Positions 12,181 through 24,699 of a DNA stretch of 64,000 nt are shown in pieces. The stretch covers positions 32,240,001-32,304,000 of the forward strand of contig CM069134.1 of the NCBI GenBank assembly GCA_035221665.1. Direction: 5' to 3'. Each line of letters starts with the position of its first letter. Within the stretch, counting starts at the first letter, position 1. Below the pieces are notes generated by a model. It searched no databases and was not told the origin of the DNA. It was given only the letters and a program-made list of their open reading frames with translations. Both the position numbers and the translations under genes were made by a program. This DNA is from Okamejei kenojei (lineage: Eukaryota).

Positions 12181-15100
12181 AGCTTTTAAAATCTCATTTA
12201 AGTGTAAGATGTCTGTGGTGCATCTTACATTTGATTAAACATGGTCATATTCCTAATATGCATTGTCGTAACTTACTGAATATTTTATATAATTCATAGG
12301 AGAGCTATATTTTTTAACCCCATGAAGACATGCCACAGTTTTAATTAAAGATAGTTTAACATTTTCTGCAAATATTTTACTGTGATAAATTGTTGAAGGC
12401 TAAAAGATTTCTTGCAACATTTCATTATATCTGTGTGCTTCTAGAAAACATTTTGCCTGTTATAGACATGTGTTAACAAGTGTAACACTTCCTCATGCAA
12501 AAAGTAATCGTTTCCTAATACTTCTAGACAGGACAGTGCCGGTGGGCAAATGTCACTTTGGAAGCTGTGAAAGACAAGACTCTTCTCTTTGGCAGGATAG
12601 GCCATATGGCCCGCCTAATCCTGTCCTGTCTTGTGATTCAAGGGGTCTCGCTTTAGCGTTAAGAACTGACTCATAAGTGTTCCCCTCAGTCTCTATATGG
12701 ATCAAAAATATGTGCCCATGTTCTTATAACTGGCAGAAAATAGATGAATACAAATATTATTGATTGACTTCACTGTAAAACAAATTAATTGGAAATCTTG
12801 AGGTGTGCCAATTTACTGTTTAATATTTCTCCCAAATCTGTATTATAGAAACAGAATCAGTGTTAATAATCTCCTATGTAATAGTGCACAAGTGCCACCT
12901 GTCTTTTTCCAAGGTATTAAAATTTGTGAATTTGAAATTTGTGGTTCTACTCTTTTATTAAAATGTTCCTTTGCTTCAGGATTCATACTTGCATGTGACA
13001 TGTTCATCTCTGCATCGTCACTGCACTGTGGCCATACAGTGAAGTGGGTTTTTTGGTGGGTGGACCACCCCCCTCCCCCCACAGTTCCACTGATTCATCC
13101 TGTACACACCAGGCCAATTGTGAGCAGGTGGGGCTAGTGTAGATGGGGCATGATGGCCGGTGTGGGCACGTTGGGCTGAAGGGCCTGTTTCCACGCTGTA
13201 AGACTATGACTCTGCCGCTATTGCAATAAAGCTTTAACGTGAATGGAAAACAAATGCAAGCTGCTTACAAATTGTGATCCACACGCAAACAATTAATACA
13301 ACTGTTCTTTCAAACTATCTGGATGTCAAGTTACACAATCCAGTTAATCTACTCAGACCATCTGAAAACATTCAAAATCAATAACGTTATCTAAAGACCA
13401 GGATTTTTTTTTTCCATTGGTTTCTTGATTGCAGTGCTTGTGAAGTACTTAGTAATGTGTCGATACAGTGAAACTGTTGCATTGAATAAATGTTTTATGT
13501 TCTGTATTGTATGTCATAGGCTAAAGACTGTCTGACTGCTAACTCCACACAACAGATGCCACATTCTGCACCTATTTTTATCAGCCGTGGAAAATGACGA
13601 AAAATACCGTACAAGGACAGTGAGGTCCGCTAAGCAGGGGACCTCAATGTAACTGTTTACAGCGTAAACTACTAGATGCAGGAGACAAAACACATACCTG
13701 ACCCCACGGGACTTCTGCAGAGGGTGGATTTCATGTATTGTCACATGTTTTATAAAGCTTATCGTCTGCGCCTTGCCAAAAAAAGTTAAAAGAAGGCTTT
13801 GTACTTTAGTCATTTCACTGTGTTGTATTTTTATACCTTTTGATCTGCATTAAATGTTCTGGATTAAAAAATAATTGTGATTGCTCTTCTTTAAGTGGGA
13901 ACCCACAAAGATTATCTATAATTAACTAATATTGTTTATTTTAAGTTACCTTTAATCATTGCATGTTAATGGCGAGTGTACATAAGTACATGAATTACTG
14001 GTTTGATTTTCTGTACATGTAGTTAGTTAATCTTCCTGTTTAAGTCAATAAATTTATAATTCTGATTTATTGATCATATGGGTGATTGCCTTGAATTACC
14101 CTGGTCTTTATGGAATCAGTGTTTGACCTGAAAGTATTAACCAGATAAATCCAGGTTACAGAGCCATGGACAAAGGATGGAGATGTGTAACCTGTGGTGA
14201 AGAAGTGTGATTTGGATGTGATGATAATCCCATGATTTTGGTCCATGCTGGAAGTCAACAGGCTTACGGCTGAAGTCAAGGTAATGCTGGCGAGTACCTA
14301 CGGTGAAACCATTTGGTAGAGTCGTGGAGCAATGTGTTGTGTTCAGATAACAGAGTGAATAACAAGGTATTTTATTACATTACCAAATAAGGCACATAGT
14401 ATCTCTGTATGCACTCGCAAACCCCAAGTACGCCATCCTTTATAGCATTTCTTATCTCAGCAGACCGTGCCATGTCCCCTCCCAGAGCTAATCATAAGCC
14501 CCTTGTCTGCAGTGTTTCTGCACTACTAGCTGTAGGGGGGCACAGGTGGTCCGCCCAACGTGTTGTACTCGGCAAAACAAGATGTTCCGAGGCATTGCAA
14601 GTTCCCAGGCATGAACAGGTGCAAATACATCTCCCACTTGTATTGAACATCTTGTTTGTAAAGGGTTTGGAATGTTGTACTGCTAATTTGGCTGAAACTC
14701 CATTTTAACTGATATGGTCTATCTTAATGTATTTTCAGGCAAGTTTTCCATCATATAATTAAACATTGGAATAAGTAGAAATGCTTTAGGTAAGCACCTG
14801 TTTCAGAAGTATTCTTAAATAAATTGCATTCAAATGGAGTATGGAGCGTGTGAAACCACCAGAGTGGTCTGAAGATCATTAGAGTACACTTCTCCTTATA
14901 GGTTTTCCACCAATATCACCTCACTACAACCACCTTCACAGCCATATAACCTAGAAAAAAATGGAAAAAATAATTTGTAAATGTGTCATAACACTCTTAA
15001 TCACATCACTGCTGATCAAAGATCTTGGTGATCTTATGGACAAGTTATCTCAAAAGACAATGAATTTGTGAATTTATGGAATTCCCTGCCACAGGGGGCA

Positions 15101-17063
15101 GTGGAGGCTAAATCACTGGATGGATTAAGAGAGAGTTCGATAGAGCTCTAGGGACTAGTGGGATCAAAGGGATATGGGGAAAAGGCAGGCGCGGGTTATT
15201 GATTGGGGACGATCAGCCATGATCACAATGAATGGCGGTGCTGGCTCGAAGGATCGAATGGCCTCCTTCTGCACCTATTTTCTATGTTTCCATGACGCCC
15301 ATCTACCAATTCTAAAGATTTACTGTTTTGGGAAATTTGGATGTCCAATTTATATCTGAGTTCAAACTTGTGCTCCTGATAACTAATCAATTAATACATC
15401 TATTTACAGCCCATTAATCAATCAGCTAAAGATAGTTGGCCCAGGGGTGGTTATGCTGGAGATCTCTTGCACTGATATTGTGTTGTGATTATTGATCTTT
15501 CGATAATTGTTTTTCCTTTTTTTCCAGAATTTGCAATTTAATAACTTTCATTTTGTGTTAGGGATAAACCCAAAACTGAGCTTTTTTCCCTTTGACTTCC
15601 ATTTGGGAGGGCTGAAATCGCATGGTTTCAGCCTTGATGTTGAGAGCTAGTCGCCTGAGTTCTCTAGCGTTCCAACTTTATATCCATCCCTGGATTAAGG
15701 TCATACTCAGTTGTATTTTGTGGAATGCATATTGAATTTTGACAACTAGTTTATTCGTGAGTTACTTTTTTTTTAAACATATGTTAAGTATAGCTTGGGA
15801 GAATGTAAAAACCACAAGATAATCTTGGCCTTATTTCACAAAAATTCAAGAAATATCATGTGATTGAGAATCTTTATTGATTATTCCCAGAAGCCCAATC
15901 ATCGGACAAAATGCTCCAACAATTGTTCATCCTGCTTATAGATACACAAACAATCTGTTGGAGGAACTCAACGGGTCAAGCAGGATCTGTAGAGAAAACA
16001 GTTAACACTTTGGGTTGCAGTACCAGTCCGTCTTAATCTACATTGAAGGATCAACCACGAAATTATTTGGATTAGGTTCTCCAAGATAATTTCTCCAAAA
16101 TTGTATAAATTTATGACTGGTAATTACCTTAAATCAAGTAAGCATATTTTACAGGGGAGAAGCAGTGTAAACAACATAAATATTTTTTCTTTAAAAGCAA
16201 CCATATGTTTGTGGACTACCACTTTTACAGAGAACATGGAATAGCATAGCACAAAAACAGGCCCTGTTCACCCGAGTTCTCTGCCCCACAATGTGCTGAA
16301 CATGATGCTAATACTAACTTTTGCCTGCCTGCACGGAATCCATAACCCTCCATTCCCTGCATATCCATATGCCTACCCAATAGTCTCTTGAACGTTACTA
16401 TCATATGCTTCAACCCGGCAGCATGTTCCAGGCACTTACTCTGTGGGGAAAAAAAACTTGTCCTGTATATCTTTAAACTTTAAACAAATGGATAAGATGA
16501 AGAGAGGGAATCCAGAAATTATTTGTCCCAATGCAGCAGACGTCTGACACTGCAAATTAGATGGGCCTTGAGTAATAAAGTGATGGAGCAGATTGTTACA
16601 GCTGAGACTTTAATGCCATCTTGTGGAAGTCTGAATAACTCAAATATGATGCATGGGGGAGGGGTTGCTCTTTGGGAGGAGGTATATGTACAATTTATGT
16701 CATTGCACCTCAAAAAGACCAGAGCCGATGGATATCAAGTGAGTTAAGGTTACTATTGGGTAAGGGTTCAACAAGCTTGGCAAGAGGTGGGAATCTGACT
16801 AATTTTAGGATGGAGAGAGGCTATGTTGGTTTATGATATGAGACCTAGCAAGGCAGAAGAAACAAAAGTTTGATAACAGACCAAGGAGAATGGCAATGCT
16901 TCATGGTCATCTTTATGGTTAATTTTGAAAGAAATGCAGTCAAATTTGTGCCGAAGTAGAAATTGTAGTGTAATATGGCTTAAAAGACTGTTCCATCCTG
17001 GTTACAGGATTTTCCAATAAAATTGAGATTTTGTTTTTGTAAAAGGAAGTTTAAATATTTTAT

Positions 17064-17358
17064 AACCATATAACATATAACCATATAACAATTACAGCAC
17101 GGAAACAGGCCCTCTCGGCCCTTCCAGTCCGTGCCGACCATTTGTTTTCCCCTAGTCCCATCTACCTGCTCCATTCCCTCCATACCCCTCCATTCCCTTC
17201 ACGTCCATATACCTATCCACTTTACTTTTAAATGTTAAAATCGATCCTGCCTCCACCACTTCTGCTGGAAGCTCATTCCACACAGCCACCACCCTCTGAG
17301 TAAAGAAGTTCCCCCTCACGTTACCCCTAAACTTCTGTCCCTTAATTCTCATGTCATG
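17064..17358 (-). mobile_element. CR1 LINE 3' fragment, same subfamily as 8276-9303
   Basis: Near-identical to about 8278-8570, including the tail repeat. Confidence 0.9.
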
Positions 17359-17584
17359 TTATAAAGAAATAATTACAACTGTGACATAATGGAAAAGTAA
17401 CACAGATAGCTGCATATCGTACATTAATTGTATGTAAGTGTAATAAGTACTGCCATAAATACGGTAGACACAAAATGCCGGAGTAACTCAGCGGGACAGG
17501 CAACTTCTCTGGAGAGCAGGAATGGGTGACGTTTCGGGTCGAGACCCTTCTTCATAATCAGACTGCCATAAGTACCGTCCGTAT

Positions 17585-18175
17585 CTCTTGTTCCAAGAGA
17601 TGTAATGCTGAGGCTCTATAAGGCGCTGGTCAGGCCACATTTGGAGTACTCTCGAGTTAATTTGGGCACCATATCTGAGGAAGGAGATGCTGGCTCTGGA
17701 GAGGGTCTAGAGGAGGTTTACAAGAATGATTCCAGGAATGAGTAGGTTCGCATATGATGAGCGTTTGGCACCACTGGGCTTGTATTCGCTGGAGTTTAGA
17801 AGGTTGAGGGGGGACCTCATTCAACCTTACAGAATAATGAAAGGCATGATAGAGTGGATGTGGAAAGCATGTTTCCACTGGTGGGAGAGTCTAGGCCTCA
17901 GAAATAAAGGATGCTCTTTTAGAAAGGAAATGAGGAGGAACTTCTTTAGTTATAGGGTAGTTAATCTGTAGAACTCATTGCCACAGAGGACTGTGGAGAT
18001 CAAGTCAGTGGATATCTTTACGGCAGATATAGACAAATTCTTGATTAGAACGGGTGTCAAGGGTTATGGGGAGAAGGCAGGAAAATGAGATTAGGAGGCA
18101 AAGATCAGCCATGATTGAATGGCGGAGTAGACTCAATGTGCTGAATGGCATAATTCTACTCGTATAACTTGTGAA
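17585..18175 (+). mobile_element. CR1 LINE 3' fragment
   Basis: LGLYSLEFRRLRGDLI and RNFFS.RVVNL motifs, followed by the typical 3' UTR. Confidence 0.85.
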
Positions 18176-19134
18176 CTTTTCCCTGACTCTCCGTCCGAAG
18201 AAGGGTCACGACCCAAAACGTCACATATTCCTTTTCTCTAGAGATGCTGCCTGACCCGCTGAGTTACTCCAGTGTTTTGTGTCTGTCAATGGAAAAGTTA
18301 ACATGAGTTAAACTGAGGTACTAATAAATACCAGTCACAATACTGGGAGAGCCTTGGAGACCCCCAATTAATTAGAGGAAGACCAAACAAACAAATATAC
18401 AGGCAAATCTCCAGTGCAAAACTAATAGGGTGATTTAAGTAGGGAAATATCATTAACAGTACTAATTACAACAGAAATTGTTGGAAGTATAAAAGATGCA
18501 GAATTCTTACAATGGATGCAGGAATATTTTTAAGGAGTACTAATGTATTTCAACAAGATAGGTAGGAGTTCTAAGCTGTTTCAGGGAGTAAATTCATCAA
18601 CCAAAAAAATGAAGTGCTGGAGGGTAGACAAGGTGCTGGAGTGGAGGGTAGACAAGGTGTTGGAGTCTAGAAGGGTCCCGACCCGAAACGTTACCTATCC
18701 ATTTTCTCCAGAGATGCTGCCTGACCTGCTGAGCTACTCCAGCATTTGTTACTTCTGTGGAGGGAATGGCTAGACAACATTTTAGGCTGGAACCCAAAAC
18801 ATTGTCTGTCCATTCCCTGGTCAGGCTGGACAAGAGACGTGAGGTACAGTAAAGTCTGGCAAATGAAAGTGTGTGAGTCGGATGGGAACCAGCTGGTAAT
18901 GATATTCCCAGGTGCCTGCCGCCTTTGGCCTTATTGCTGGTACATTTTTGCAGGTACTGTCGGAGTAACCTGGATGAGTAACTGAATGCACTTTGTTGCT
19001 AGTCCATACACAGGGACCATTGCACTTATTTTGGTGTGAATTAATATTTCAGCTGGAGCACCCTACACTGTGAACAGCTCGATTTTAATCCGTCTTTCTG
19101 CTGACTGGATAGCCGCAACAGAAAGCTTTTCACT

Positions 19135-20568
19135 CTGACACGTGCCGTCAGGGTAAGCAAGGTAGGCACTGCCTACCCTGACTAAAATTATGAAATGGCA
19201 ATTCTTAAATATAAATAGTAAAGGCATGGGAGAATTATGCCTATATAAGAGATCGATCTCTTAGGTAGGCATAATTCTCCGTGCCTTTCATCCGCAGCGC
19301 TTGTTATGCGAAGCTCTGCAGCCCACGTGCCGTCAGCGCTGCCAGCCGCCAGTTTCAAGGGAAGCTGAAGGCAGCAGAAATTCTTGGCGGGATTTTCAAA
19401 TCTGTATTGCCATTATTTTAATAGTATCTCAGGAAACAAAGAGTGAAGAATGGGCTTAATGTACCAATAATGTGGTAAGTGCATTTCTTGGTGCTTTATG
19501 TTTTTAAATGCTGTATTTCCCAGGGTGGGGGAGAGCTCCGTTCACAGTGTTTGGGGAGTCTGGCGTTGTGAAGGAGGGGATTGGAGTCAGTAACCCACTT
19601 GCCACACTCCGGTCTGAGTGCAGGTAGATGGGACTAGGTGAGAGTAAGTGTTTGGCACCGACTAAAAGACCGAGATGGCCTGTTTCCATGCTGTAATTGC
19701 TATATGGTTTTATTGTGAGTTTTAGCTTGGGTGGCGCCGCAGCGCTCCGGGCACAGACAGCAGAACTGGCCGCCACTTCAGAGGAAGGAAGCAGCTAGGG
19801 TGACTGACTTTGAGCAGCCGCCGGGACCCGACAGCAGAACCGGCTGCCACTTCAGCCCCTTCTGCTGGTCCCCACTCACCTCTGGCAGTGCTCTCAGTCT
19901 GAACATCTCTCACCTGCCGCTCGCCGGCCGGCTTCCCGCAAATCTGTAAATTCCGACAGCACGTTCACGGGACCAGTTGAGGTTACTTGGCTGTGGGAAT
20001 TTAAGGATTTGCCGGACGCGGTTGACATGAGCGAAGCCGGCGAGCGACAGGTGAGAGATGTTCAGACGAAGAGCACTGCCAGAGGTGATCAGAAGGCACT
20101 GAAGGGCAGCCGCTTCTGGTGTCGACCCAAGCTGCTTCTATCCCCGGAGGTGGCGGCCAGTTCTGCTGTCCGTGCCCGGAGCGCTGCGGCAGCGGTGAGT
20201 GAGTTACTGATATGATCTCTGACCCCCTCCTTCTCAACACACCTGCCTTCTCGCATCTTCAACCCCTGGCACAGACTCTCCACACGCTGTGAAAGCAACT
20301 CTCCCTCCAATTGGACCCTTGAATTAGTATTGTCATTCAATAAGATGACAACTGGTTCAACGTCCCGGTGTGCTCCCGTTTTTCCCACCATCTCTCCACC
20401 TGCCTTCATCCTCCACCCATTCAGTAATTAAAAAAATGAAGGAGATTGAGAAGCCTTGGGGGAAATTGAATTGTTGCTTATTTTTTACGAAGAGAACAAT
20501 CTGCGCATGCGCGGTTTAAGATTTTTTTTTAAAGCCGGCTGACTGCCTACCCTGAGTGCAAGTGCCTG
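19135..20568. mobile_element. Non-autonomous hAT-like DNA transposon with internal foldback
   Basis: 8-bp TSD TTTTCACT (19127-19134, 20569-20576). Imperfect 25-bp TIR: CTGACACGTGCCGTCAGGGTAAGCA versus reverse complement of the right end, CAGGCACTTGCACTCAGGGTAGGCA. It interrupts another short repeat. Confidence 0.8.
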
Positions 20569-21739
20569 TTTTCACTGTACCTTGGTACACATGATAAACT
20601 AAACTAGGCTACTTTATGTTGGCTGGGGTTAAGCTTCTTAAAGAGTTCTTGGAGCTGCATTCATTCAGGCAAGCGGATGGTTTGCCATCATGCTCCTGAA
20701 CTGTTCCTTGCAGATGGTGGAAAGGCTTTAGGATGCTGGGAGGTGCGTCATTCACAGGCAGAACCTACCTTGTAGCCATCGTATTTCTGTTGCTAAAGAT
20801 AGGCACAAAATGCTGGAGTAACTCGGCATCTCTGGAGAGATGGAATGGGTGATGTTTCAGGTCAGGACCCTTCTTCAGTCCAGTTGAAGTTCTAATGAAT
20901 GGAGACTTCCAGATGCTGAGGGTTGGAGAAAGAAAATGGTGACATCAATGCTTCTGAACCTCAAGAAGAGGTGATCGGAACGCTCTTGTGGAAAGTCAAA
21001 CCCCGATAGTTTTTGAGATGCACGTGTTACAACTTGTAATTTAGTCATCTAGGTCTTGCTGCATAAAGACAGATAATTTCATTTGCTAAATTATGAATGC
21101 AATTGTCAGCAAGCAGCCCAATTTCTAACCTTACGATGGAAGGAAAGTTGTTGATGAAGCAGCTTCAAGATCGTGGGCTCCTGGACAATGCATTGAGGAA
21201 GGTCTGCACTGACATCCTAGGAGATTAAGCTCCAACAATCACAACCACAACCCGCTTTGCAAACTGCAGCTCTAATCATTGATGAGCTTTACCCTTGATT
21301 CTCGTTGACTTCAGCATTCCCTTGTGTACTCGTGGGAGTCTAGGACCAGAGGTCATAGCCTCAGAAATAAATGGACATTCATTTAGGAAGTCAATGGACA
21401 TCGAAGGCAGAGATAGATTCTTGATTACACGGGTGTCAGAGGTTACTGGGAGAAGGCAGGAGAATGGGGTTGAGGGAAAGATAGATCAGCCATGATTGAA
21501 TGTAGACTTGATGGGCCGAATGGCCCAATTCTGCTCCTGTCACTTATGAACTCTCTTCTGTCAATGGCAGTCACTTTCACCTCACCGTGTTATGGAATTT
21601 AGTTCTTTAAGCCAAGTTTGGGCCGAGGCTGTGGTGAGGTCTGGAGCCAAGTGAGCCCAGCAAATTCCAAACTGTGTTACTATTTTCTTGCACTAGTATT
21701 GGGATCATTAATACATAATCAAATTCAATAAATTAACTA

Positions 21740-22113
21740 CAGGAAACCCTCACAATAACTGACCACGGATAGCGTCCGTTATTGCTGATTGTCCGCTTTA
21801 ACCGAGTAAAGAGGTGGGTGCACAGTTTAACCCTAGGCTGAGATGGAACAAGCGTGGTGTCGGGGGCTAAACAAATGGGAATTCCGAGGCCACGGGACCA
21901 CCGTGTCGCCGGTCCCACACGCGTTGCGGCAGGGATGGGCCCGGTACTCGCACTCTTCATGCTGTTCGCTCTCTCCGCTCCTGCAACCAGAAGCACGTCA
22001 TTTTGAGCCAGCTCATCAGGTAACTGGCAGAAGTAGGGGGAGGTGCAACGGGAGCCCCGTCCGCTAAAACCAAAATCCACTATATAGAGTTCCGTTATTG
22101 CACGTGTTCACTG
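21740..22113. mobile_element. Possible Tigger/pogo-like MITE
   Basis: ta|CAGGAAACCCTCACAATAACTGA versus reverse complement of the right end CAGTGAACACGTGCAATAACGGA; CpG-rich interior. The right TA is not preserved. Confidence 0.4.
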
Positions 22114-22816
22114 CGTGTGTATTGCGTTACAGGCCCATTGTCAGTACATGTGACAATTAGGCAGTCTTAACTGTTGTTAAGTGCAAATCAAGAAACTGCA
22201 GTGGCTGGAAATCTGAAATATAAACAGAAAATGCTGGAAACACTCAGCAGCTTGGGGAAACGGGTTAGTGTTTCAAGATGAAATGCATTGGACCTAAAAC
22301 ATCAATTCCTCTTTCCACACATGCTGCCTGAGTGTTCCCATCATTTTCTGTTTTATCACTCATGCACTGTGGTAGGACGCATGTACTTCATGTTAGAAGT
22401 GATAGGATTTTATTTAATTTGAAGGTGTCACAGAACACAAATAAAAGGTTCAGCTGACATTTCTGACTTTCGTTGACCAAAAGTGAACCAAGTCCTGAAA
22501 TAGTTAATGTGAACCAGTTTACTTTACAACCACTGTGCAAGTACAAGTTTCACCATTTACATTCCTGTTTGCACCGCCGGGTAGGAAATCTCTTAAACCT
22601 TTTGGCAACGCTTTCCATATAAATGATTAAATCTTACTGCCATTTGGAAATGGCTTCAGCTGTTCTTCTGCACCATAGCAAACGACTGGCATCTGAGATA
22701 GCAGCAGTTTACATCCACAAAATGTGCATCATTTCAACTTGAAAACTAGAGGAGGTGACAGAAGTTCTTAGATTTAACACGGGTGGAATTTTATTTTAGT
22801 GTGTCCTCCACATTCT

Positions 22817-23050
22817 TCATTCTTTTTTCTTCCTAAAGGAGACCATGCCTTTGGTTTCTTGGATTTTCTCGGTTAGCAGTTCCTTAGTTTCCTCCATTTT
22901 TTCAGAAAATCGCTCTTTAGTAACTTCCATTCTGTCTTGTATGTAAGCCCTCATCAGAGGCGGAGTGGACAAGTAACCACGGGAGCGGAGATATTTCACT
23001 GCAAGCGAAGTTCCTCCCAAGGTCACTGTGTACCTAGCTGGTGTGGCAAG
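22817..23050 (-). CDS. FAM210A: FAM210A last coding exon
   Basis: Minus-strand acceptor tgttttgcag; encodes LATPARYTVTLGGTSLAVKYLRSRGYLSTPPLMRAYIQDRMEVTKERFSEKMEETKELLTEKIQETKGMVSFRKKKE*, matching the FAM210A C-terminal coiled coil. Confidence 0.95.
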   Translation of the reverse strand, partial: LATPARYTVTLGGTSLAVKYLRSRGYLSTPPLMRAYIQDRMEVTKERFSEKMEETKELLTEKIQETKGMVSFRKKKE

Positions 23051-23261
23051 CTGCAAAACAGACAAGTACAAACTTGAAGAATGGTAAGAGTTGTAACAGT
23101 ACACAATATTGGAGATATCAGTGATAGTTTTGTTTATTGTCGCATGTACAGAGGTACATTGAAAAGCTCTTTTGTTGCACGTTATCCAGTCCGCGGAAAA
23201 ACCATACCCGATTACAATCAAGCTGCTGACAGTGTACAGATATGATAAATGGAATAACAGC

Positions 23262-23542
23262 GCACAACGGCGCAGCTGCTACCTCACAGCGCCAGAGACC
23301 CGGGTTTGATCCTGACCTCGGGTGCTGTCTGTGTGTATGGAGTTTGCACGTTCTCCCTGTGACCGCGGGGGTTTCTACGGGGTGCTCCGGTTCCCACATC
23401 CCAAAGACTTACAGGTTTGTAGGTTAACTGGTAATTGTAAATTGCACCTAGTGTGTAGCGAGTGGATGGGAAAGTGGGATAGCATTGGGTCATCGATGGT
23501 CGGCTTGGACTTTGTGGGCCAAAGAGTCTATGGCCATATGCT
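23262..23542 (+). mobile_element. tRNA-derived V-SINE
   Basis: Same consensus, in the last FAM210A intron. Confidence 0.85.
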
Positions 23543-23919
23543 GTCTCTCTAAATAAAACTAAATCATTCCTACCCCCCACCCGACCTCTACAACACAGCA
23601 TCTAATTGTCCCCAGAAGCTTTGAAATAAATTGTCTTCTTAAACAGCTACTGTTGACATCATGAGATTGCTGCCGCAGAGCTGAAGCGTTCAGATGTGCC
23701 CTGTACCTCAGTACACGTGACGATAAACTAAACTCCAATATTTGGACTTGGTGCCAATGAGGTAAGCGAGGAAGATGCAAAATCTAGAGGGGAATCTGTA
23801 TACAGTGATATCCCCGTGTTTCATCCCCCCCCTCCACCTTCTAGCCAGCAGAGGGCAATAAAATGCAGGATCCCATATGCACAGCAATGGAAATACCAGT
23901 TAACACACACTCTACTCAC

Positions 23920-24031
23920 CTTGTACAATGCATACGCAGTCAGTGCATTTCCACCCGTGGAATGGTTCAAAATTTGTATTATTCCTTTCGGCGCTCCAAC
24001 AAACTCTAGGAATGGGACCACATTAACGCCC
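23920..24031 (-). CDS. FAM210A: FAM210A middle coding exon (112 nt, DUF1279)
   Basis: Acceptor tcctttcag, donor gtgagt; encodes GVNVVPFLEFVGAPKGIIQILNHSTGGNALTAYALYK; phases fit both neighbouring exons. Confidence 0.95.
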
Positions 24032-24699
24032 CTGAAAGGAAAGAACATATAAAACTAAATTGTTTTCCCCCCCAAACAATGCTTTTATAAATTGGTTGAA
24101 CGGTTTTGGTTTGTATTTATGGTTCAGTTCAAGAATTATTACTTTTCACTTTAATTATCACCAATTATCACAATATAAAAAAGTGATGATTATCACATCA
24201 CTGCTAAATTTGAGTATCTGAGTAAAAAAAAAAAAATCTGGTTACATTTCTGGATCACAGCACAATGTATCGGAGGAACTCATTGGGTCAGGCAGCATTT
24301 GGGGAGAGAATGGACAGGTGACTTTTCATTCTACATAGTTTCTACCAAAGACACTAGAGCTTTCTACGATCTTTGGTTTCTACAAGCAATGTCAATGTGT
24401 TACCTATGTATTCAAAGTCTTGCATTGCTGCCTGTGTTTTTGCTATTCCAAGCTGAAGCCTACAGGAATTGAAGAGACATTTTTTACTTGGTTAGGAAAC
24501 TGGCCGAGTGTTTAAATTGGATGATGTCAGGTTGGCTTTTACTGGTGTCTTGCAAGGACGTGTTTGTGGCCTCAATATACACTGTATTTAGAAATAATTA
24601 AGAAACTGGGACAAGAAGTCAAGCCACCATGTTTATTAATAAACAAATGAGTATAGATTAAAGCACTAAATTGCAAGGGGATACGAATGTTTAAGTGGG

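Noticed and set aside
15011-15035. caaagatcttgg resembling the micro-insertion family
   Set aside because: No 8-bp flanking duplication could be defined.
18613-18665. Short tandem duplication tggagggtagacaaggtgctggag
   Set aside because: Local duplication at the edge of a Penelope-type repeat; no further structure.
21733-22080. 115-aa minus-strand ORF in a CpG-rich patch
   Set aside because: No homology recognised, and it is bounded by TIR-like ends, so it is treated as a probable MITE.
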